This document shows positions 51,901 through 61,925 of a stretch of 64,000 nt of DNA, in pieces. The notes below the pieces were generated by a model that saw nothing but the letters and a program-made list of their open reading frames with translations, had not been told where the DNA came from and made no database searches. The translations under genes were made by a program, and so were the position numbers. The stretch lies in assembly GCA_905178155.1 (NCBI GenBank), contig CAJINV010000003.1, forward strand, positions 8,848,179 to 8,912,178, in the 5' to 3' direction. This DNA comes from Amoebophrya sp. A120. Lineage: Eukaryota; Protista; Dinoflagellata. Each line of letters starts with the position of its first letter. The stretch's first letter is position 1.

Positions 51901-52890
51901 GACTGGCTTCGTTTTGGCTTCGTCCTGGTCTCGTTATCGTGCGAGGACGGTAACGTGGGTCGCCGTTTGTAAACATGCAACAGCAGTCGAGTGGTGTGGT
52001 GCCCGCTTCTTTCCTCTTTTTGAGGCGAGCGTCGCTGCAGCACAAGTCGAAGACACAACAAATACTTGAAGTACCGCATTCTTCTGGCTTACAGGGCTTC
52101 GACTGCACCAAAGATGGACAAGACACAACAAATACTTCTTGAAGTACCGCATTCTTCCGGCTTACAGGGCTTCGACTGCACCAAAGATGGACACTCTGCG
52201 CCGGTCGGTCCTGGACCCTTAAGCACATCGCGGCGCCGATATCCGAGAGAAAACTTCTACCCCCGGTTTTTACAAAACATGAAGGACGCACTTTTTCGCG
52301 CTTTGTGTCTGTACTCTCAGCATCAACAGCGACAGATGCACGGTCACCATTTGTTGGAATGAGAGATCATTTGTTCCAATTTTTTTCTGGCTGAGGTGTA
52401 AGTACTTTTCTCTTGGATAACCGGGTGCATTCGCACATCTGGTTGCACGGTGACCAGTCAGTCCACTGCGAAACTTCGCAATGCGCGGCTGTAGACGAGG
52501 TTCATATTTCTTTGTTTATGTTTTGCAGAATGCGCCACACACTGTTGTCAATCCACCAGCTTTGGGTGCCTGAGCACGTGTCTCGTCAAAAGGTGCAGGT
52601 GCGATAGACATTCGACGCCTCTCTGGATGTACGAACATGAATCTGATATCTAGTATGCGAGTGGAGAATATATAATGCTCGGTGACGTATAGAATTTTTT
52701 GTTTCACGCCATGCTACTAGTCGAAAGCGGTACCGCACTCTGACTGCGCCGGGCAGGCCTCCGTCTGCGTCAAGGACGGACAGTCCCCGGTATCGACCCC
52801 GACAATAGCACGCGTTCGGGTGTGCGCTGCGGAGCCGCAGGTGGCACTGCAGTCCCCCCACTCGGCCCACTCGCTCACGTCACAGTTTCC
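48963..52890 (-). CDS. Thrombospondin type-1 repeat, single-pass membrane protein with an acidic tail, multi-exon
   Basis: Three TSR starts (CDVSEWAEWGDCSATCG...RTR; CEVSQWTDWSPCNQMC; CEVSQWSTWGLCSATCG...RRR) and CPSLxQxxxC ends. A hydrophobic segment PLVLLLLSVGIALLFIIALLLLF precedes an E/G/S-rich tail. Both termini are uncertain. Confidence 0.8.
50653..51972. mobile_element. Non-autonomous TIR element, 5-bp TSD ACATG, in an intron of the TSP1 gene
   Basis: Imperfect TIR of about 70 bp (TTACAAACGGCG...CGTTACCG...AACGAGACC / GGTCTCGTT...CGGTAACG...CGCCGTTTGTAA). ACATG occurs at 50648-50652 and 51973-51977. Internal 11-bp TTTTGGCYTCG arrays occur in both orientations. Confidence 0.88.
52051..52193. 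repeat. 70/73-bp tandem duplication of a TSR exon end plus its donor site
   Basis: AGACACAACAAATACTT(CTT)GAAGTACCGCATTCTTCYGGCTTACAGGGCTTCGACTGCACCAAAGATGGACA x2. Confidence 0.9.
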
Positions 52891-54695
52891 ACGATCCAAG
52901 TGCAGAGCGCCAGTTGGAGAGCTCATCAGCGAGCCGCAAGAGAGCATGTAGCGTATGAGTCTCGACGACGGCCTGATCTGCTGGACCAAACCAGAATGCG
53001 TCGCAGTACGAAGGCGGCGCCCGACAGGTCGTGACGCCCTTCTTTTTCTTGTGGACGAAAACGCCCCACGAGCGGCTGGCGGCGTACGCGTATTTCCCTG
53101 CTGTCGTGATAGTAGCCCGCCGATTATATGATCCAAATCGGCACCGGTGCTGCATATTTGCCTTGTCGCGGACGCATTGCCACTGCAGCTCAGTGCTGGA
53201 GAAAATCGCATTTCGTCGCTGTCGACAAATTTGATGTTCGGTCTAGTTGGTTGCGCTTGCGTAGCAGGAAGGACTTTAATATTTTGTGATTTTGGCAAGC
53301 TGCCGATGAAGATTTTCTTCCTACTCGTCGCGGAGCGAGAGACAAACGCAGAAGAGGAACTAGGGTCGATCTTCGCTTGGCGGGACAGACCCGGAACCCG
53401 AATCTGTGGCCGCTTGCACACCAGAAGAACTCGACACATCGGTGTCGCGTTTGATGTCTCCTTCGTGTTTATGTTGTTGCCGCGCCGTTGTAGTGGTGTG
53501 GGGCGGCGCGTCTTGACTTGTAACATCCGCCTCCTCGCCAATCGGGCGGCTGCGGAAGTACTGGACCTCCACAATGAGGTGGATGATCTGGTCAACATAC
53601 TCGCGGTCATGTTCGCCTTCACTCCGTGTCTTTTGTTCTCACGTTCGGAATGGACTGTAAAGGAGTGGCTGGACGACAGGAAGGAGGGCCCGCTCCCGCC
53701 GAATTCCATTCGTGAAATAGTCGCGGCCTCCTCATCGTCTTGCTTCTTCTTCACCTCCATAGTTCTTGTCCGATACCGATTGAATCTATGACATTATCAT
53801 CAAGAACGACTGTGGTCGTCTCCTGCTCACGACAAAAACGACCTTGTTCATGAGGCGGGATTGCATTTCTTAGTATTCATGCCGACTTTGTGACCGTGTT
53901 TGCCGCTATTGGCTTTGATTCTTGCACTGACTCCGTAAGCTGCTCTTCTCGTACTCGTCACCAGCACTCTAGTTTGATGCCCTTCCCCAGCAAGCTAGTT
54001 TGCTCTCTTCCTGCTCTCTGAGATCCAGAATTGCTAAAGTCAGCAAGTAGTCGGCTGCGTGGCCTTCACTAGGTTCTCTTTAAACCACTTACTTGCTCCT
54101 GTGCTTGTGCAGCCCCACTCCTAGGTCGAGAAGTTTGTTAGTGTTCCTGTGCTCGAAGATTTTCTTGCAATTATTATGTGCACAGTGTCGCCCGACGCCT
54201 AAATTTTTTGAACGACTACGCGCATGTCGTAGTAAATTTTCCCTTGAAATCACTAGGTGCGAAATTGGCATTCCTGCAGGTCGTATTCGCTCACGTGTGT
54301 GTGCGCCTGCGCGTGTGTGTGTAATATGATTGAACAATGCGCCCGACCAGCGATTCAGCTATCCCCTTCCCCATCGTGGTGGTTCCGTCAGTCGCGCAAT
54401 AATTGCTGCTCCTCTACAGTTACAGACGCACAAAATCTTCCGTGCCGTAATAATTTCACTATCGTCATTTTTTGCACCAAAAAAAATTCCGGGCGGAGGC
54501 TTTTATTTTACAAATACGAATACCGGGGGAGCCGGTGTTTTCTTTCTTCTTGGTCATAAAAATACATTATATCGTACGGCGAAGTAGTGAAACTTGTTGT
54601 TACTGGGTCGTTGTAAGTAAGTACATTGATTTACAACTCGAGACGGAGCACATATCGGCGCCTGTAGTATGTTACTCACCATACACATTTATATT

Positions 54696-56460
54696 TCAAG
54701 ATAGGACGTCGACTGCCGAGTTTGGCGTCCCCGTAGTCACCTCCATGTCCATGCAGCTGGTAACATTTGTCCCACCTCCTGCCGGAGGCGCGTCAATAGA
54801 CTCACCCCCTCCCCCGTCAGGGGCGGCCTCTTGCTGCTGTGCAGCTCCACTTTCGTTTGCACCCGTCACGACGAGTGCAGGAGCAGGACCCGCACTATGT
54901 GCTGCCGCTTCAAGGACTGGCATCGACATAGATTCCTTTTGTTCTAGCTCTAAAGATGCTGCTGGTTCGACTTCTACACCGGCACTGATGGCCGGATTGC
55001 TATTTTTCCTCCGTGCAGCAGCTGCGGTTGCAGGAGTGTCGCCGTCGACTACATCACCTGCGTCAAGAGATGAACCCGGAGCAGCCTGGTCTTTCGTTTC
55101 GTTATCATCATCATCTACGTAGGTAGATGCGAAGGGCAGTGGTGGTGATCCCATGTCTTCATCTTGTGGTCCTGCTTCCTTCGCCACTCGGCCAGCGTGT
55201 TGGCTGTTGTTTTCCGCCGCACTTGTTCCCGGTGCTCCCGCTGGCGTCGAGAGAAAAGGAACTACCTCGGCGCCAAGCGAGGAGCTGTGTTTAAGCTGCT
55301 TTCGCAGAGACAGCGCCTCGTGCTCCAAGTTTTCCAGGGCGCGTATCAGATGTCCGATCCGATCTTCCTCGACCATGCGACTGCGGGCGTGCAGGGTCCG
55401 TATGATAGGGAACAACTTCCAGAATCCTCTACTTGCCGCCCTCACTTGTAGTGCAAAGGACCGACCACACTGACAGTGTGACACTGTTCCGAGTCCCTAT
55501 ACATAGATCGTCATCGTACTGTGGCTGCGCTGCCATTATTTAATATGCGTTCTATCTTCACTTTCGCTAGTTGCACTCATAAAAAGCGTTGCCTTTGCGT
55601 CACGATGTGGATACTTTTCTTTCCTAAAGTTGTAGCACAGCACAACTACAATTCGGATTATGGTGCTCGCTTAGGTTTATTAGGCAGGAGGTGGCTAGTA
55701 CTTCTTGATGAGGCGTGTTGGCGTTTGCGTTGGTATGGACGAACACGTTGTTCATGTACAAATGAGGGGCAAGAAGGGACGAAAAACGACCTTGACCACT
55801 AGCATATTCCACAAGGCGTCCTCGACCTGGCGAAATTGGGTCTCGTCCCCGAGAAAGTACCTTTCCCGAGGCACCACGTTGCCTGGTCTGACAAACGATC
55901 CAAGTCCTCCACCGCCGCCTCGAGAATGCGACGCCCGAGATCGAGGCCGCTCCGGGAAAGCATTCGGCTCTAGGACCGGCGGCAGCACCCCCTGAGACCG
56001 AGCCTGGTCCTGATAATTTTAATAGTAGAAAACATATCAATCTTCGGTGATGCAGCTGCATAAGGTTGGGGTCACGACCGAGGAGGATCATCTCAATCTT
56101 CTCTGCATAGACAGTGATACAGAGGGAAATCACTAGGTGGGCCACTTCGTTCCTCTGCAGAAATCGCAATACAAACATCAACATGAAGATGAACATGAAG
56201 ATGAAAGTGAAACATGAGAGCGAAAAAATAAAGCGCGAGCGCCGGCATTTTTACTGTTCTATAGAGACTTCGCATGCCGATTACGACCCTGTGTGAGTAC
56301 CTGCAACTCTAGAATATGTGCTCGAAGAGAATGGGTAGCAGTCATGGTGCCCTTCACGCGACTGCTTGCGCGGGACCCAGGTCTGGAAGATAACGCCCGC
56401 GACTTTGGGCGAGGCATGTCCATCGCACGCGTTAGCAACTCCGCATTCAATGTCTGCAAT
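54696..56460 (-). CDS. Hypothetical protein (helical/coiled-coil segments plus low-complexity tail), multi-exon
   Basis: Coding-like segments 56259-56459, 55752-55988 (RYFLGDETQFRQVEDALWNML) and 54696-55484 (IGHLIRALENLEHEALSLRKQL). It probably extends further upstream. Confidence 0.5.
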
Positions 56461-59133
56461 GCGGAGACCTCGTTCTCTGCTGTGTTGGCACGGACCCGGT
56501 ATGCGCTTACCTGGCAAGAAATAAAAACAAACTATGGTAGCGCACACGACGAGCACCACATATGATAAAAAATCAAAATAAAACGCTGTATTTGTATATT
56601 CAGCGCCCTCTGATGGAATAGCCAAAAGAAGCACTTAAAGCTTCAAAAATCCGCTGAATTTTGCTGTTACTTTTTAGCTTAAGTAGCTGCTTCGCACCTT
56701 TCTGGCCATTGTCTGATTGCTTTGAATCAGCGACTCGATCTGCCGCTCCTGATCTCGGAAATGGTCCAACATTGTTGCATCACTTTTGGATTTCTCGCCT
56801 CGGTAGCCGCCTGCACCACCCCCAAGCGAAAACTGTCGCCGACCGCGACCAGCATCGAAGGCTGCAACCATTTCTAGAGGAAAATAGCAGACTAGTACTG
56901 ATATAATAAACCAAAACGAACCTCGTCGAAGAGAAGAAAACACGAATCAAAAAAGAAAACGAATTTTTATTCTCGGACGAAGCTATCAACTACCACAACC
57001 ACGACTACGTTCGAGATTTCCTAACAATTGAGTGATTTCTGGAAGCTGCGTTTCGACATTTCCATACGTTCTTTTGCGGAGTGAAATTCAAAAATGCTCT
57101 TGCAGCCGATGCTCGTCTTCATGAAATCGAATACTTAAATTCATCCACTTCCGATGCTCTCGGATCTTCTTCTTCACTCGAAGCAGATTAACAAGTCGAA
57201 GCCAAAGCACATGCACAGTGTGGAAATAGAACAATTGGAACTCCTCGTCCGTGCGGCCACTCCTTTATTCCTTTTGCGTTTGCCTTTCGCCGACATGAAA
57301 TGTTTCATAAACAAAAACTCGCCAGCACTCACTGCACTGGTGGAGATCGTCATTTACTTTGACGTTACGCTTTGTTCCAAGTCCAAGTTCCGATGATTTT
57401 TGAGTATTTCCTCTTGCTCTAGCCCTTCCGTGCTGACAACCGCGAACACCTCTCCTGGCTCGCTCATCAATGAAATCGAACTCTCACTCTGTGGTTTCGA
57501 TTGCGGTTCTTAGGGTCGTATTCTTTGACTTTTCACCATTCCTACACTCATTTGTCACCTCGCAACGAGATAAGTTCGAAGCTTTACGATCTTCGTCCCT
57601 CCTCAAAATTTTCGGTAGGGGGCAAGCGAGGTAGGAAGGCCGTGGTGCATTCTGCTGGCCAACACCTAGTACGACGACACAAATCTCAGCTGCTCTCAAC
57701 CAACAGACCACATGCAGTTTTGTAAGTACGTGCCGCTTTTACGAACGTCTGATTCGTTGCCCTTGGCTCAGAAACAAGAAAATGAAAATCGAACGAGACT
57801 CCGAAGTAGATGCGTTTAGGAGAGACGCGATTGAATACTAGTGTCCTTGTGCTAGTCTCTCCCAGTTCTCCCAGTTAAAAGTACTGCCACATTTTTGGTG
57901 TGCGTTTCGGTTTCTGGTTGCCCTTTTCTGAGTCCTTTCATACTGCTCTTGCGTCACTGACAACACAACATAATTGTTCTCCGCGTATTAGTATTTTCAA
58001 TCCTGAAAATCGCAACCTCAAGCGACGAGTCAGTTTCGATTACGGCTCCGTGCCTGTAATCATCGCCGGACAGGACTAGAAAACTAACAGCACAAGGCAT
58101 GGCAATACAATAACAATACGGAAACGAATGATAAATATCAAACATGATGATCCTGAACAGGCAGAGATTGAAAGAGAAACTGAAACAGACATAAAACATG
58201 AAAATGTGAAAGTAAAATTAGATCATACGGATAGCAAAATAGATGACAGCAAGTGCCTGCAGAAAGCTTCTCCTGCTCGTTAGCTTCATGCATGATGGTG
58301 ATGCGATCGATGGAACACGATTTACTTACTTAGTTGATAAAAATCGATTGTACTTTTGCGTTGAAAATTGTGGAAAATCAGACGCGTGGTGACACTAGTG
58401 GAACGAGACAGAGTGCTTCTACTCAGCATCATAGAGAAAACGTGCGAAAAAACCTATCCGAAGCTGTGTCGGGGGACACATCTCCATCTCGTTCCCGGGG
58501 GATAAATTATGCTAGTCTTTATTTTGGGTTTTGATAACATGACGTCAAAAGTTGTCCATGACTCGATGCATAGCATGTTTCTCCTATATGTCGCAATCTA
58601 TCACGGGGCTGTAACCGGTGTAGAAATGAAAGCACGAGTAGCAACATTGCGCTGCAGATGACACCGCTAATGCCTACACATTGAGGACCACACCAACATG
58701 GTAAAAAATCATGCGGCTGCGCACATCCTTGCTTTTGGCAATTGCCCTTCAATTCATAGGAGGACAGCGACCTCTGCGCGACCACGCGACTTGATGGAAC
58801 TGACAAACCACTTTTATTGATCGACTGAGATGACGCAGGATTCATGCGGTAGGAGGCTACATGAGAGTCGGCGAGGGGGACAAAAACAGAAAGATAAACA
58901 AGTACATAGACCTACTTCTTGAAAAATAGTATTTTTACTTTTATCTATTTGCATTCTCTTTTTCCCTGGTCAACAAAATGTATGCGTAAAATCGAGGAGC
59001 AGCTGCAAGAACCTCCTGCACGGGTTGATGCAGGCCATCGCCATGGTATTCGTATTACTTTGCCATGAATAGCAAAGTTCAAGTTGTAGAACGGGCAAGA
59101 AATGTAACGCGCTCGTCTTTGTCATCATGCTCC

Positions 59134-59670
59134 CTATGCGGATTCCGCTGCCGGTGCCGCGGTTGACTCGCCGTTGGTTTTGTCTTCCGCCCCAGGTTTT
59201 TCTTCCAGAACGACATTTTCCGGAGCCGCGGCCGGAGTGGCCTCGGGCTTCATGTTTTGCTGCACGCTCATCTTGCCGCTGCTCTTGATAGCGGTGGCAT
59301 GTTGGGTCAGCGCGTCCAGCTTTCGCTGGACGTAATTGGTGCACTGGAACAAGTCGCACTTGTCCTGTTCCAGCTTTAAGGTCAGCTGAGGCGTCGAGAC
59401 CGAGTGAAAATCCACCTGCAAGATTTGGTCCGTGTCGCAGCAACCGAGCTGCCGGTCCACGTAGGTGCCGCAGGCCCACTTCCAGGGGATGGTCTTGTAG
59501 TACCACTTGGAACCACTGAAGAGAGATTTTCGCTGTTCGATCGCCAGCACGCGATGCGGAGTGAACAGACAGAACTGCTTCTCCGTGCCCCAGAAGGACC
59601 TCCCGGTGAAACCCATTTCCACGAATTCGTCCGCCTGTGAATAAAAAAAATAAAATAAAAAAAAAATAAA

Positions 59671-59702
<32 letters not shown>

Positions 59703-61924
59703 AAAAAAAAAAAGAGAAAAAAAAGAAGAAAAAAGAAAAAAAAAGAAAAACAAAAACAAAGAAAAAATAAAAAAAAAAAAAAAAAAAAAAACAAAAAACT
59801 AGAAACAGAAAAAAAGAAAACCAACAGGACAAAAAGAAAAAAAAATAAAAATAAAGAAAGTAAAAAAATAAAAAGATATAGCAAAAAAAAAAAAAAAAAA
59901 AAGCAAAAAAAAAAAAAAGAATAAAAAAAGATAAATATAACAAGAAAGATAATAAAAGAAAAAGAAAAAAAAACACGGCGGAAAAACCGCAAGTGCCTTC
60001 ATTTTTTGCAATTCGAAGTTGGGAAGTTTTTTCATGCGTCACCGCTAGAACATGAACAGGGCGAGTCAAACTGCGCCTGTGAGCTAAGAACTTGCTTCAG
60101 TCGGTCTGTTGCTGCTGGTGTAGCAACAGGCCGACTGAGGAAAATCTTAGCTCGCAGGCGGAGTTTCGCTCGCCCACTCTCAGCGTTCGCTAGATCAACT
60201 GCAAGGATAGCGACACTTTACGCTGCTGACATATGATTATGAAAAACCTTCCCAGTTTCGAATTGCAAAAAATGAAGCCAGTTACGGCTTTTCGGCCGTG
60301 TTTTGCAGTCAATTACAATTTCATTTCAAAATAAGCGCGAAGATAAAATTCTCAATCAGCATGCTCTAATGAGGATTTGCGAGCACTTCGGGTTAGATAT
60401 CACCACCTTGCGATTTGTCTACAGTTCTAACCGCGAGTTAACCGTCCGGCCGGCCGGCCGGACGGCTAACTCGCGGGTGCGAGTTAACGGGTCATTTGTT
60501 ACCCCGCTCCTACAACTTTATAAATATATTACGGTCTATTAGTTTACGCGGGACCCCATTCGTCAACAAGATCCACATCGTCGGAAACTGCATAGAAAAA
60601 AGGGCAATCGTTGTTTTCTTACTGAAACTGAACTGTGTACCAGGAAACTGAGTCAATGCTCATCGTGATTTTTGAAACTGCTTGCTTAGAGACGTACATA
60701 GACGAAATCAACAAACAAGTACCATCATGATATTCGGAGAGCTCTTGAATGTCTCGGTCATTGTCTTGCATGCGTCGGCGTCCAGCTGGCCCATGTCCCG
60801 GCCGTTCAACCGTATCAACAAGGCGAGCCGTGTCCGCTCCCCAGAGAGACAACAGATGAGAGACGGAGGGGAAGGCAAAAACTTCTCGTTTTTCGTCGTC
60901 TTTGCCATGCCAATGTGCGACTCATACATACGAATCAATATCAAGTGTGTTTATTGTCCCTCACAGTTGCTGCTCCCTCAACGCGAATATGGTGCTGTAA
61001 AGTAACTGCTCAGGTTCAGCTTGTGCACCCAAATGTCCTGCTGAATGTTCTTGTACCAACTTTGGCAACGCCACGTCGTTGCAATACATTGTACTTCTAG
61101 TTTCCTGATCATGGAACAAAGCTATTCCAATTCATTCTATCTTGTGGCAATGACGTAATATTCTATATGCCTGGCTGGGTAGCGGGGGCTTGTCGATATT
61201 TCATAAACCAGGCGATCATGGCATTGGCGTCACCCTTTGATGGTGGAGTTTGGGGGATCTCGGGACCCATGATAGCGCCGTTGTTGGCAATGATGCGGTC
61301 CCCCAGCAACTGCGCAACCCGCGTCATGTCGCAGGAGCCCGAGGAGAGGTCCTGTGAGATGGTACAATCCACCGACTGACCCGCCGCAAGGGTGATGCTT
61401 TTTTGGTATCCAACAAAAAAGAGTCTTGCCATCGCAGCCTGTAGTGCATCTTTATTTTTCTCTTGCTCTGCGTTCGGACTTCCCTCAGTGTTGAGTGTTG
61501 TGGTGATTGATCATCTTGATAATCCGTACTACGCTTTACACATGTTATCTGAAGATTCGATGCTGAAGATGCAGCCACAGCCACACCGCCACCTTGTGTC
61601 AATATAGTAAAGAAATTTATGGTCGGGGAGAAGAGCAGCATGCAGAGCGTCTGACGTAGTTACACAGAGACAAACAAGGGCTTTCAGAAATTTCAGCATC
61701 ATCAACATCATCAATGCATTGGCGCGATAGCGGTACTACTGCTGCTTCTTTATTTGGATAGTTTGTCAGGTTTGCTCAGCGGCCAGTTTCCGTTGAGCTC
61801 CAGCATCAGTTCGCCATCGGAGTCGAAGCGTCCCGCCGTCGCGCACTCGAAGGATCGAATCGACGAGTAGGGAATGGACAAATACTGAGTGCGGTTTCCG
61901 GTCCAGCCCTTGGTATCCAGCCGG
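59134..61924 (-). CDS. Protein with tandem bacterial-type PH (bPH_1/DUF1696-like) domains, 3' part, multi-exon
   Basis: LDTKGWTGNRTQYLSIPYSSIRSFECATAGRFDSDGELML matches the bPH_1 pattern D.QG.TG....Y.SIPY..I..F..ETAG.FD.D.EL. A second copy reads FCLFTPHRVLAIEQ...FSGSKWYYKTIPW...LGCCDTD. The 5' part lies beyond an N and a repeat array. Confidence 0.8.
59641..59969. repeat. A-rich low-complexity tract (possible sequencing/assembly artefact)
   Basis: About 330 bp of interrupted poly(A) running into the left TIR of the adjacent element. Confidence 0.8.
59970..60306. mobile_element. MITE/introner with ~65-bp TIR and a TTTTGC right end
   Basis: AAAACACGGCGGAAAAACCGCAAGTGCCTTCATTTTTTGCAATTCGAAGTTGGGAAG / CTTCCCAGTTTCGAATTGCAAAAAATGAAGCCAGTTACGGCTTTTCGGCCGTGTTTTGC. 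Confidence 0.85.
60431..60476. other. 46-bp near-perfect palindrome in an intron
   Basis: CCGCGAGTTAACCGTCCGGCCGG|CCGGCCGGACGGCTAACTCGCGG, with one mismatched pair. Confidence 0.85.
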
Positions 61925-61925
61925 N

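Noticed and set aside
52880-53760. N-terminal part of the 347-aa ORF as the TSP1 protein's N-terminus
   Set aside because: Coding-like signal in this stretch lies in other frames (EYVDQIIHLIVEVQYF; HALLRLADELSNW), so the long ORF is probably a chance read-through; the structure is unresolved.
58970-60069. Phe-rich 'membrane protein' ORFs
   Set aside because: These are translations of the A-rich tract. The real exon starts after TTCACAG at ~59634.
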